From IMG/VR virus record IMGVR_UViG_3300032167_006623: 64,000 nt of DNA. One strand, written 5' to 3'. The notes under the pieces were generated by a model. That model worked only from the letters and a program-made list of their open reading frames with translations, searched no databases and had not been told where the DNA came from. The position numbers and the translations under genes are program-made. Positions 46,977 through 56,631 of this stretch are shown here, in pieces. The DNA comes from an uncultured virus (IMG/VR IMGVR_UViG_3300032167_006623) (lineage: Duplodnaviria; Heunggongvirae; Uroviricota; Caudoviricetes). Position 1 is the stretch's first letter. Each line of letters begins with the position of its first letter.

Positions 46977-48848
46977 ATGATAAAAGTCATCTCAGACAAG
47001 TGTGTCGGCTGTAATGCCTGTATACGCACTTGTCCTGTACCGACAGCAAATCGCAGTGACGGAAAAATCGTGTATGTAAACGACAAAGAATGTATCAAAT
47101 GCGGAGAATGCATAAAGCATTGCCCCCATAATGCTCGTGATTATGAGGATAATGTTGAACGTCTTATGCATGACATAAAGACTAAAAATGTATCACTCAT
47201 TGTAGCTCCCGCTATTCGAACAGCTTTGAAGGGTCGATGGGAAGGCATCCTCGGCTGGTTCAAATCAATAGGTGTGCGTGAAATCTATGACGTTTCTTTT
47301 GGTGCTGATATATGCACATATATGCATCTTGAATATATCAAAGCAAATCCTTCCGCAAAGCTTATATCACAGCCTTGTGCAGCTATTGTGAACTATACTG
47401 AAAAACATAAGCCTGAATTGATTGAACACCTATCCCCTGTTCATAGCCCAATGCTTTGTTCAGCGATTTATGTAAACAAATATCTCGGAAACAAAGATAT
47501 ACTCGTCGGCTTATCACCCTGTCTTGCCAAAAATGATGAATTTGAAAACACAGGTGTCATTAAGTATAATGTCACATTCCGAAAGCTTGCTGAGTATCTC
47601 AAATCACATCATATAGAATGTAGTTCGCATGCTATGAATTTCACATGGTCGGACACTAAAGGCTTTGACGGTGCATATTACCCTGTTCCCGGCGGTCTCA
47701 AGGATTGTCTCAAAACACATGCTCCTGAGCTTGATGTGATTACATCTGAAGGTGTTCAGAAAGTATATGATGATTTTGATACATATCTTGAAGCTCGATT
47801 TGATTCCCGCCCTGCCGTATATGATGTCCTTTCGTGTGAATTTGGCTGCAATTCGGGTGCAGGTGCAACAGATAATTTCAACTTATTTGATGCTTATTCA
47901 CTTATGACAGCTGTTAAAAACAATGCGGCTCATAACCCTGCATCAAAACGCTTTCCTGTTAAAATCTTTAAACGCTTGAATATGTCCGATTTTACAAGAA
48001 CATATACCAATCGTCTCGTAAATACTGATATTTCTCAGGAAAAAATCAATAAAATCTTTGAGAAGATGGGTAAATATACAAAAGCCGACAGAACCATAAA
48101 CTGTCATGCCTGTGGCTATAAATCCTGCAAAGATATGGCAACAGCCATTGCAGCCGGTTATAACGTTCCTATGAACTGTATTGTATATGAGAAATCATAT
48201 ACGAAACATCTTCAGGAAAAAACGCATAATGAACATGAACATCTTAATTATGCTGTTTCCGAAATCAAGATTGCGTTACGTTCGCTTCAGGACAAAGTCA
48301 TACCTATAGCTGAACGTACAGAGCTCAATCAGGCTGAAAATGCAGCTGCAACAACCTGTATGCAGACTCTTGATTCTGAAATCTCTGAAATTATCAGCAA
48401 CTTGGATAATATTGTGCATGACGTAGATGCCATTAATCATAATATTTCCAATTATGAAAATATGCTTAAGGCTATTACAGATATTGCAGAACAGACCAAC
48501 ATTCTTGCAATAAATGCTTCGATTGAAGCAGCAAGAGCCGGTGATTACGGCAAGGGCTTTGCTGTTGTTGCAGGTGAAGTGCGAAGTCTTGCTCAGAAAT
48601 CGCAGGAAATAGCAAATCAGGCTCAGATGTATACTGACGATATGTTCAAGAATGGCCGCAATATCATTAAAACAACAAACAATATTGCTGTAAAAGCCGC
48701 TGATACTAAGAAAAATTCTGAACAAACAACCTCTGCTATCGCTGATGTAAATCAGAATTCGTCAGACATTGCATGTGATGTTCAGGAAATCTCAGCTATT
48801 GTAGAGCAGCTTAATGCAACAATAACAAGCCTCACGGAACACACTTAA
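46977..48848 (+). CDS. Sensory [FeFe]-hydrogenase-like Fe-S protein fused to a methyl-accepting chemotaxis domain
   Basis: Two CxxCxxCxxxC motifs; H-domain-like SQPCAA, SPCLAK..E, LSCEFGC; CHACGY..C; MCP signature [32 protein letters not shown]. Confidence 0.85.
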   Translation: MIKVISDKCVGCNACIRTCPVPTANRSDGKIVYVNDKECIKCGECIKHCPHNARDYEDNVERLMHDIKTKNVSLIVAPAIRTALKGRWEGILGWFKSIGVREIYDVSFGADICTYMHLEYIKANPSAKLISQPCAAIVNYTEKHKPELIEHLSPVHSPMLCSAIYVNKYLGNKDILVGLSPCLAKNDEFENTGVIKYNVTFRKLAEYLKSHHIECSSHAMNFTWSDTKGFDGAYYPVPGGLKDCLKTHAPELDVITSEGVQKVYDDFDTYLEARFDSRPAVYDVLSCEFGCNSGAGATDNFNLFDAYSLMTAVKNNAAHNPASKRFPVKIFKRLNMSDFTRTYTNRLVNTDISQEKINKIFEKMGKYTKADRTINCHACGYKSCKDMATAIAAGYNVPMNCIVYEKSYTKHLQEKTHNEHEHLNYAVSEIKIALRSLQDKVIPIAERTELNQAENAAATTCMQTLDSEISEIISNLDNIVHDVDAINHNISNYENMLKAITDIAEQTNILAINASIEAARAGDYGKGFAVVAGEVRSLAQKSQEIANQAQMYTDDMFKNGRNIIKTTNNIAVKAADTKKNSEQTTSAIADVNQNSSDIACDVQEISAIVEQLNATITSLTEHT

Positions 48849-48852
48849 ATTA

Positions 48853-48893
48853 AGAAACAGGCATACGAATTATGGATTTGTATGCTTGTTTTT
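48853..48893 (+). terminator. Intrinsic terminator
   Basis: AAACAGGCATACGAAT / ATTTGTATGCTTGTTT plus T run. Confidence 0.6.
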
Positions 48894-48959
48894 ATGATTT
48901 TTTTCAATTCAAAACCGACTATCTGTGTCAAAATATCCTCATAAATGAGGAAAAAAGTA

Positions 48960-48988
48960 TTGACTTGTTAAAGATTTCATGCTATAAT
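48960..48988 (+). promoter_or_regulatory. Sigma-A promoter
   Basis: TTGACT, 17 bp, TATAAT with extended TG. Confidence 0.7.
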
Positions 48989-49035
48989 TACTGTAGCAAT
49001 CATACGTTGCTCGGCTCGAAAGGAGTCAGACAACT

Positions 49036-49386
49036 ATGGAAAAAACACAGTCTATCACTGTGACCAAACGCTCATTCATCGCGTCTTATCGAAACAAGCT
49101 CGATTGCGGTATTCGTGATGCTGAAAAAGCTTATGATGCATTTATCGAAACTATTACAGAGGAACTCATTGCAGGAAATTCTGTAAAGCTTTCGGGTTTA
49201 GGTGTCATCAGCTTTAAACTGCATAAAGGACATCGCATACACTTTTCTGACAGCACATCAATCGGCGATTATATTAAGCTCAAATTTACGGCATCAGATA
49301 TTATCAATCGTGAAATCAAAGCTAATGAACAGGATATTATTGAAAAAATCACACCAAATGATAATGAACAACATAAAAAGGAGTAA
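49036..49386 (+). CDS. Second HU/IHF-like protein
   Basis: TKRSFI..DAFIETITEEL..GNSVKLSGLG..KFTAS. Confidence 0.75.
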   Translation: MEKTQSITVTKRSFIASYRNKLDCGIRDAEKAYDAFIETITEELIAGNSVKLSGLGVISFKLHKGHRIHFSDSTSIGDYIKLKFTASDIINREIKANEQDIIEKITPNDNEQHKKE

Positions 49387-49391
49387 ATCCA

Positions 49392-50249
49392 ATGAAATTG
49401 ACACCACGCATCTACAGTGTTTTTATGACAATGTTGCTGGCGGGGTCGTTGACAGCTTGTAGTACAACTGACAATCAGACGATACCCGCCGTAAATGAAA
49501 ATTCAATTGCCGAAGCAGCGGAAACTCTCGATATCACTGTCGAAAAGCTTGAAGATTATCTTAAAAACATTGACGTTTCTTATGATGACTATATCAATAG
49601 TCTAAACTCTCAAAATCAGACATTAGAAGCTTACAAGACAAAAATCGAAGAAAACTATGATTGCACTTTTGAACAGTACGTCGATACCGTTCTCACGGTC
49701 AATAATAAGACCGTACCTGATGACAAGGAATATGATTTATTCAAATCCAAATACAGTTTATTTGACGCATATATTCCGTCTAACGAACTGAATGCGGAGA
49801 AAACCACACTTGTCAATTATGATATTGCCATTGCTGTCGCTGACGAAGATGCAGATGTATATGCATTTGATGTTCTTACTACCTGCGGCAGTGATTTTCG
49901 AATCTATATGGATATCATAAATCAAAATTTTGGTTGCAGCTCTGTGGAAATTACAAATATATCAATATTTGGCGGTCACGGAGCTTCCAAACCTGCTGAA
50001 ACAAATCCATGTATGGATAATTTATTTGTTTATGACAGTAAAACCAATGAAATTCTTGAACAAATTACATTGGCTGTAATCACAATGCATTATGATGATG
50101 AAAATAAAACGGCAACCTATGCCTTATCAAACGAATTGGGTCTTATATTCAAAACCACGGGACCTGACAGTATTGATAAAATAAACAAGCTCAGTGAACT
50201 TAATTTTCAAATTCGTAAAGCAGACACAGACACTCAAAACAACACTTAA
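49392..50249 (+). CDS. Lipoprotein of unknown function
   Basis: Lipobox LTAC. Confidence 0.75.
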   Translation: MKLTPRIYSVFMTMLLAGSLTACSTTDNQTIPAVNENSIAEAAETLDITVEKLEDYLKNIDVSYDDYINSLNSQNQTLEAYKTKIEENYDCTFEQYVDTVLTVNNKTVPDDKEYDLFKSKYSLFDAYIPSNELNAEKTTLVNYDIAIAVADEDADVYAFDVLTTCGSDFRIYMDIINQNFGCSSVEITNISIFGGHGASKPAETNPCMDNLFVYDSKTNEILEQITLAVITMHYDDENKTATYALSNELGLIFKTTGPDSIDKINKLSELNFQIRKADTDTQNNT

Positions 50250-50272
50250 TTTGACGAAAGGACTATCGTTTT

Positions 50273-51280
50273 ATGAAAAACATCAGTAAAATTATTGCTA
50301 TTGCATTATCAGTCACAACATTGGCAGGTCTTACAGCCTGCAGCAAAAACAATGATGCTCCGGCACAGACACAAACAGCTGCACCTGTTACTGTTGCCAC
50401 ACCCCCTGCTGAAACTATAATACCTGTTACATCAGCCACTCTCCCCGTTGAGATAACAGTAACAGAGACTGTCGAAGACCTGACATCAATTCCCGAAACA
50501 TCAGAGCTTATCACAAGTATTGCTGAAAAGCTTAACTCGGCTGAAAGCTTTGAGATTTCCTGTAATCTCAAAGGCTGTATTCCCGAAGCAAATTCTGCAA
50601 TCGGAAAGATGATTAATCATGATTTCACATACACTGTTTCGGGCAATAACTCTCATCTCAAGTCAAAGACTGATGACCTGAATGTTGATAACAGCACGAT
50701 TGAGTATGAGGAATATCAGAAACTTGATGACAATATCGTAACCACCATCACTAAGTTCGGCGAAAATTGGGTAGATAATACACCAAAAGAAATGGTACGA
50801 CACAATATGTCAACGAAGGCTCTTTATTCAATCGGTCTTGTCGAAATCATTGCGAGTAACGGTGAAACAACTGATGATGTTTTTGCAAATGCTTCTGTAG
50901 AACGCGATGAAAAAGGTAACTATATCATCACGCTTCCCGAATGGTATACATGGACATGTGAAGATGACGATTTCCTTGCTCACGGCTTCTGCGGTTTGCT
51001 CCGCGCACCTCATCTGACCGATTGTCTTTATAACCTCAGCATTATCGACCCTGAAGGCAGCATTTCTTATATTGTAGATAAGGATTTCAACCTTACAGGT
51101 ATGTCATTCGATATCATTATGCCGCAGGCCGGCAGCTATGACCTGCATTGTGAAATTGAGTTTTCCGACTGGAATAGTATCGCAAGCATTAATGTTCCAA
51201 GACCTATGAAACCTGCTGAAGAAACAACAACTGTTGCTTCTGAAACAGAATTGACAGAAACCACATCAGAAACTGCATGA
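50273..51280 (+). CDS. Lipoprotein with Thr-rich linkers
   Basis: Lipobox LTAC; beta-rich domain ending in FSDWN...I.VP. Confidence 0.75.
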   Translation: MKNISKIIAIALSVTTLAGLTACSKNNDAPAQTQTAAPVTVATPPAETIIPVTSATLPVEITVTETVEDLTSIPETSELITSIAEKLNSAESFEISCNLKGCIPEANSAIGKMINHDFTYTVSGNNSHLKSKTDDLNVDNSTIEYEEYQKLDDNIVTTITKFGENWVDNTPKEMVRHNMSTKALYSIGLVEIIASNGETTDDVFANASVERDEKGNYIITLPEWYTWTCEDDDFLAHGFCGLLRAPHLTDCLYNLSIIDPEGSISYIVDKDFNLTGMSFDIIMPQAGSYDLHCEIEFSDWNSIASINVPRPMKPAEETTTVASETELTETTSETA

Positions 51281-51358
51281 CTTTATTAAAGACACATATA
51301 CAAGCATAAATCAGAAGCATAATACAATAATCAATATTGTTACAATAGCTTGGACTTG

Positions 51359-51390
51359 AAAGCCTGTGTGTCATACACAGGCTTTTATTT
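51359..51390 (+). terminator. Intrinsic terminator
   Basis: AAAGCCTGTGT / ACACAGGCTTT plus TATTT. Confidence 0.6.
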
Positions 51391-51430
51391 ATATATACAA
51401 ATAATTATTTATCAGAAAGGATGAAACAAA

Positions 51431-53104
51431 TTGAAGGAAATTATTATTGTAAATCCTGACAAATGTGTGGGCTGTAATGCTTGCGTAAGAAACTGTCCCG
51501 CACAAGAAGCAAATATTACAACAATGCGTGAAAATGGTACATTTGTGACCACAGTAAATCCTGATAAATGTATCTGCTGCGGTGAATGTGTAAGAAGCTG
51601 CACTCATGGAGCACGTGACTACAATGACGATACTCTTGATTTCATCAATCACATCAAAAGCAAAGAAGCGGCATTGCTTGTCACACCTGCTATCAAAGCT
51701 GCGTATCCAAACCAGTGGAAAGGCATTCTTGACTGGTTCAGACGAAAGAATGTCCGCATTTATGACGTTTCCTTTGGTGCTGATATATGTACATGGGCAC
51801 ATCTAAGAGCAATTGAGAACAAAGACGTAGGTAATGTCATTACACAGCCTTGCGCTGCTATTGTGAATTTCATTGAAACCTATGAGCCTGATTTGCTCAA
51901 GAATCTCTCCCCTATTCACAGTCCTATCATGTGTGAAGCAATCTATCTCAAGGATTATCTGCACATAACATCCCCGATTGCGGTACTGTCACCGTGTATT
52001 GCAAAGAAGACAGAATTTGAACGCACAGGTTACATTAAATACAACGTGACATTCAAAAAACTCATGGAGTATTTTGCAGAAAACAATATCAACATACCGC
52101 CCACAACGCATTCTGATAACATTGAGTATAACTTTGATGACCAACAGGGTCAGGTGGGTGCAATATATCCTCGTCCGGGCGGCTTGAGAGACAATTTATG
52201 GCTTCACAATCCTGATATCAATATTACAACTTCAGAAGGTGTACATAAAGTTTATCCTGAACTCAGAATGTATGCTAAAATGCCTGAATTCAAACATCCT
52301 GAAGTATTTGACGTTCTTTCCTGTGAGTTCGGTTGTAATGTTGGTCCGGGGTCAGGAACGAATCAGACAATATTTGATATTATGCATTCAATGTCTGTCG
52401 TTGAAAAAACATCAAAACAAAAGAGAAAAACCAAGTTTTTTGATACAACGAACGACAAGTTGTTCAAAAAGTTTGATGAAACTTTGAATGTGACCAATTT
52501 CGTAAGAAATTACAGACCAAGAGCCATTACTCCACTGCCGACAACAGCTGAACTTGATGCTGTGTTCTGTTCAATGGGTAAAACCACAATTGAATCAAGA
52601 AGCTACAACTGTCATGCCTGCGGCTATCCATCATGTCGGGATATGGCTACAGCTATTCACAGAGGACTCAACGTTCCTGATAACTGTATTGTATATGCCA
52701 AGAGTGTTCTTCATAGCAAACATGATACTATGTTTATGATGACAGAAAAATGTCGTGAATTTTCCGATAATCTTGTTCAGGATATCGATGCTATTCTTAA
52801 GAACATTCAGGCTATTAATAATGCATCCACTGTAACAAGTGAAAAGAGCAATGTTGTTCGTGAATTGCTGTCCAAGCTTGTTGAATTCTGCGACGCTAAT
52901 AAATACACTCTCAATGAAGAGGCTATCGAACGCATTATTATGATGCTGCAGACTGTAATCGGTGCATTCAAGCATCTCGACAACAGTGTGGCTATCACAA
53001 ACGAAAGCTCCGTTCGTATTGATAATTCCGTTTCCGAGCTCACAAGATTGGTTGAAGAGCTTAACGTAATGCTCCATGAAACAACCAATATTGACAAGTA
53101 TTAA
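51431..53104 (+). CDS. Paralogous [FeFe]-hydrogenase-like Fe-S sensor with short coiled-coil C-terminus
   Basis: Same Fe-S and H-domain motifs (TQPCAA, SPCIAKK.E, LSCEFGC) but no MCP hairpin signature. Confidence 0.85.
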   Translation: MKEIIIVNPDKCVGCNACVRNCPAQEANITTMRENGTFVTTVNPDKCICCGECVRSCTHGARDYNDDTLDFINHIKSKEAALLVTPAIKAAYPNQWKGILDWFRRKNVRIYDVSFGADICTWAHLRAIENKDVGNVITQPCAAIVNFIETYEPDLLKNLSPIHSPIMCEAIYLKDYLHITSPIAVLSPCIAKKTEFERTGYIKYNVTFKKLMEYFAENNINIPPTTHSDNIEYNFDDQQGQVGAIYPRPGGLRDNLWLHNPDINITTSEGVHKVYPELRMYAKMPEFKHPEVFDVLSCEFGCNVGPGSGTNQTIFDIMHSMSVVEKTSKQKRKTKFFDTTNDKLFKKFDETLNVTNFVRNYRPRAITPLPTTAELDAVFCSMGKTTIESRSYNCHACGYPSCRDMATAIHRGLNVPDNCIVYAKSVLHSKHDTMFMMTEKCREFSDNLVQDIDAILKNIQAINNASTVTSEKSNVVRELLSKLVEFCDANKYTLNEEAIERIIMMLQTVIGAFKHLDNSVAITNESSVRIDNSVSELTRLVEELNVMLHETTNIDKY

Positions 53105-53108
53105 ACAC

Positions 53109-53140
53109 AAAGACCGTTGGATACCCAACGGTCTTTTTTT
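53109..53140 (+). terminator. Intrinsic terminator
   Basis: AAAGACCGTTGG-ATAC-CCAACGGTCTTT plus T run. Confidence 0.8.
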
Positions 53141-53141
53141 C

Positions 53142-53170
53142 TTGACAAAAATCGTAAAACGTGTTATAAT
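53142..53170 (+). promoter_or_regulatory. Consensus sigma-A promoter
   Basis: TTGACA, 17 bp, TATAAT with extended TG. Confidence 0.8.
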
Positions 53171-53226
53171 AATTATATAATATGACCACGTAACCACATT
53201 TGATTTAACGGAAAGGATGACATGAA

Positions 53227-53991
53227 ATGGACGAAATCAGACTCCCAAGCACAGATTCTATGGAAGATGCAGGCCGTGATAAATCGACATACGATATCAG
53301 TGATGTAGCTGATGAAAATGCTGCCGATTATATCAACAATATGAAACTTGCTGCACAAAACAGTGATTTAGCGGCTAATCTTAAGCTATCTCAAAAATAT
53401 GCAAGAACTGCATATTTTAATGACCCGCAGGAAATAGCCAAAGCTGAAGCTGCAAGTGAACAAGCAAAAGCATATGCTGCTGAAAATCTTTCACAGATAA
53501 ATCTTGACACACTGTCAAACGGCGATTATGAAAAAATGCTTAATGCCACAATAAATAGTGCTGACCCTAAAGGCACTAATACTCTTGATGCTGCTTGTGA
53601 ACGGTCTGCTGTATTGAGACATGCCATTGGAGAATTGGATGATAAAAGCCTTCACGCTGTTCTTAACAGTCAGAATCCCAAATTTCAGGCTGAAATTATT
53701 GAAACAATAAAAGAACAGCATCCTGAAGCTCTTCCCTCAGAAGAACAGCTCAATGCGTATAAACAAGATATAAAAAAGGCACTTATAGAAGGTAAACCCC
53801 GTCCTGAGCTGACAGACATGAAATCTATAAATGCCAATATCAGTGCTAAAACAAGCGAAATATATAATAACCATGTTGAAGCTGCGATTAATGAACAAAC
53901 TGCTCAAAAAGCTGCGGCTACCCGTAGATTCAGCAACGGTCTTTCAGGGATATCAAGTATGTCTTCCCCTGATAATACATTCAATTATTAA
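53227..53991 (+). CDS. Hypothetical helical protein with RF tail
   Basis: RBS GAAAGGA; ends RRFSNGLSGISSMSSPDNTFNY. Confidence 0.75.
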   Translation: MDEIRLPSTDSMEDAGRDKSTYDISDVADENAADYINNMKLAAQNSDLAANLKLSQKYARTAYFNDPQEIAKAEAASEQAKAYAAENLSQINLDTLSNGDYEKMLNATINSADPKGTNTLDAACERSAVLRHAIGELDDKSLHAVLNSQNPKFQAEIIETIKEQHPEALPSEEQLNAYKQDIKKALIEGKPRPELTDMKSINANISAKTSEIYNNHVEAAINEQTAQKAAATRRFSNGLSGISSMSSPDNTFNY

Positions 53992-54089
53992 TTACATTAG
54001 GCTTAACGACAGCTACGAAATTCAATTCGTAGCTGTTTTTACGAGCATTAATGCTCGTCGGTGTTGATATAAAATAAACGTGAAAGGAA

Positions 54090-54503
54090 ATGTCATCAAT
54101 GATTATAGAAAATTGTACTGATTACTATGGTTTCTTAAACGGATTGGATATCGTTACAGCAGGAAAACTTGTTGAACAATTACAAGAACCTCTTTCTGAC
54201 AAACATGCTTTCAAAGGTTGCAATGTTGCAAGTGAAATAATTGAAGAAATCATGCGTCATCCTAACGTTGAAATATTATCCGGCACCGAAGCTGCCAAAA
54301 TAGCACCTTGGACAATAACATATACGGATATTAACTATATGCGTTTTGGATATCTTCCTGACGAACCTCGTCCTGAAGACCCGGCATATGCTGAATATGA
54401 TTGGTATATACCGACATTGATTCAATACACATATGCCAAATATCTTCTTCGCATCATAAAAGAAGGTTATCTCAAAGCAGAAGATATACCTGCACGAACA
54501 TAA
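54090..54503 (+). CDS. Hypothetical protein
   Basis: 137 aa ORF; start uncertain. Confidence 0.7.
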   Translation: MSSMIIENCTDYYGFLNGLDIVTAGKLVEQLQEPLSDKHAFKGCNVASEIIEEIMRHPNVEILSGTEAAKIAPWTITYTDINYMRFGYLPDEPRPEDPAYAEYDWYIPTLIQYTYAKYLLRIIKEGYLKAEDIPART

Positions 54504-54508
54504 AACAC

Positions 54509-54546
54509 GAAACCAGCCTTGATGGCTGGTTTCTTTTTTTTTATTT
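54509..54546. terminator. Terminator at the convergence of the two gene trains
   Basis: GAAACCAGCC-TTGAT-GGCTGGTTTC plus T run. Confidence 0.75.
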
Positions 54547-54819
54547 TGCAAAAACATTGTCAGTGTCTTTGTTTGGGTTATTTTTATTGACATCTGAGCC
54601 TATAGTGTTTAAGTCCACAGATACAAATCTCTGTTTGAGATTCGGATTTACAGTGCGAATAGAATCACCTGTAAAATCGCCATTGCCTATAGAAGAATAC
54701 GGTGAATGTCTGAACTTCATCTTATTTTTTTCGAACTGTATCTTCTCTCTTTCGACATCAGACATAAGCTCTTCGGGTTTCAAAATATCATTCCGTATAT
54801 TGAATTTCACATCTCCCAT
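54541..54819 (-). CDS. Hypothetical protein with RF tail
   Basis: RBS GAAGGGA. Confidence 0.65.
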   Translation of the reverse strand: MGDVKFNIRNDILKPEELMSDVEREKIQFEKNKMKFRHSPYSSIGNGDFTGDSIRTVNPNLKQRFVSVDLNTIGSDVNKNNPNKDTDNVFAK

Positions 54820-54834
54820 AATATTATCCCTTCA

Positions 54835-55383
54835 TTAGTCAATATCACCGGTATCATCAATATTATCGAATAAATCCTGAAATTTATCCTCAACATCAGA
54901 TGTAGCTGTTCCATAAACTAATTTATCAAATTTGTGACTATGTGTCAATGCTTTTTTGATAAATATATCATCTTCCATAGTTGCTGTTTTTATTGCAACA
55001 GCCTGCAATTCCTTTGCTGCTTTTGTGATTTCATCCCGATTTTGCATCTCTTTTGCATATTTTCGAGCCTTTCCGTTTCTTGCAGCCTGCTCTCTCGCCT
55101 GCTGCTCTTTGATTTGTTTCTCGCGTTCTCGTTTTTTCTTCCGCTTCCGTGTTCTTTTCAAACACGGAAGAGAAGATTTTTTACGAAAATCCGAAGCAAA
55201 TTTTATCTGTTTTTCAAACGACTTTTTTTCAGATATTTCATCGACACCTTCGACATTTTTATTGTCAATATCTTCAATGCTTTGCGTTAAAGCCTCATAT
55301 TCAGTCAAAACAGATTCTATTTCATTGTCGGTAATAGGCTCGTCGAGATTCATAACAGCTTTTTTATCAAAATTAAGAGCCAT
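54835..55383 (-). CDS. Hypothetical charged coiled-coil protein
   Basis: Start coupled to the upstream stop; basic stretch KRTRKRKKKR; ends KFQDLFDNIDDTGDID. Confidence 0.7.
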   Translation of the reverse strand: MALNFDKKAVMNLDEPITDNEIESVLTEYEALTQSIEDIDNKNVEGVDEISEKKSFEKQIKFASDFRKKSSLPCLKRTRKRKKKREREKQIKEQQAREQAARNGKARKYAKEMQNRDEITKAAKELQAVAIKTATMEDDIFIKKALTHSHKFDKLVYGTATSDVEDKFQDLFDNIDDTGDID

Positions 55384-55712
55384 TATTTTGACAAACCTGC
55401 AGATTCAGCTTCGGGTGCAGATGGTACATCCATCTTTATTGCGGAATCAAATCTGCTTGGACCCTTATTGACAGTTTTGGAATTATCAATGGTGACATTA
55501 CCGCTTACACTTGCGCCCTCAAGAGTGTGGTCACTTTTGTGGATATCACCCGCACCCACACTAAGATTAAGATTGAGGTCATCTGCTTTAACACCTACAC
55601 TGCCGGGTGCTGCATTTACACTGTCCCCACCGATTTCTTTGTCTTCCTTTCTTGGAAGAACTTCAACTTCCTCTGCCTGAACTACTTCAAGATTCTTGTT
55701 CTGATTTTCCAT
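55383..55712 (-). CDS. Hypothetical protein with RF tail
   Basis: RBS GAAAGGA. Confidence 0.7.
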   Translation of the reverse strand: MENQNKNLEVVQAEEVEVLPRKEDKEIGGDSVNAAPGSVGVKADDLNLNLSVGAGDIHKSDHTLEGASVSGNVTIDNSKTVNKGPSRFDSAIKMDVPSAPEAESAGLSK

Positions 55713-55735
55713 AACAAATTACCTATCCTTTCTTA

Positions 55736-56188
55736 TTATTCGCCCATTTCCATATCCATTGACGCTGACGCAGGTGCCGACTGCGGTGTGCTTGGAACGG
55801 AATTAAAACGATTCTTGAGATTAGTAAAGCCTTCTTTGATTTCAGCTTTTGTCTGGTCAATACCTGCATTGAAATCACTTACGGCTTTATTGATTTTGCC
55901 GGGTACAGAATTGTCATACATAGTTTTTGCAAACTTTTCAGCACCTTCTTTGAACTCAGCAATACGTTTATCCCTGATTTCTTCATCAGCTCTTACACGT
56001 TCCGCTGATTTGGGAACAAAAATAGGAGCTTTATTGTCCCCTGCTACATTAACTGTAACAGTTTCATCAAACTTGACATTTCCACCAACGTTTGCGTTTC
56101 TGAGCATATTATTGCTCGCATCGATATCGCCTGTTCCGAGCTGAACTTTACCATTGACATTTTCAGCCTGAGCTTTAATATCCGCCAT
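55736..56188 (-). CDS. Hypothetical protein with RF tail, partly paralogous to 55383..55712
   Basis: RBS GAAAGGA. Confidence 0.7.
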   Translation of the reverse strand: MADIKAQAENVNGKVQLGTGDIDASNNMLRNANVGGNVKFDETVTVNVAGDNKAPIFVPKSAERVRADEEIRDKRIAEFKEGAEKFAKTMYDNSVPGKINKAVSDFNAGIDQTKAEIKEGFTNLKNRFNSVPSTPQSAPASASMDMEMGE

Positions 56189-56603
56189 AACCAAAACCAT
56201 CCTTTCCCTTTTTCTCGTAACCGTCTTGTTCGAGCATTTCCTCTACGCCCAAGCCACGAGCCTTTGCTTCACGTTCAAGTGCTTTCTTGCGTATATCAGT
56301 TGCTGCATCTGTAATTTCCTGCTGCTCTTTGCGAATACGACTGTCTTCCATCACACCGTCAATCATACCGTTCACACCGCTTGTACGCACAAACGGAAGA
56401 TTAGCTTTGAGCACATCCTGAGCAAACATTTTATTGTTAGCTTTCATTTTTTCAGCAGCAAGCTCTGCGGCATAATCTGTCTTTTCGAGCTGTTTTCTGT
56501 CATCATCATTGAGATATCTCTCATCGATGCTTTTGGACATTTCTTCATGCTCATCGATTACCCTTTGCAAATCATCCCGCCGATTTCGCTTTTCTTCAGC
56601 CAC
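56175..56603 (-). CDS. Hypothetical charged protein
   Basis: RBS GAAAGGAG; probable GTG start. Confidence 0.7.
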   Translation of the reverse strand: MAEEKRNRRDDLQRVIDEHEEMSKSIDERYLNDDDRKQLEKTDYAAELAAEKMKANNKMFAQDVLKANLPFVRTSGVNGMIDGVMEDSRIRKEQQEITDAATDIRKKALEREAKARGLGVEEMLEQDGYEKKGKDGFGYGGY

Positions 56604-56631
56604 TATTATCACTCCTTTCATACATTATGGT

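Noticed and set aside
51290..51430. Riboswitch upstream of the second Fe-S sensor
   Set aside because: A terminator is present, but I recognise no aptamer consensus.
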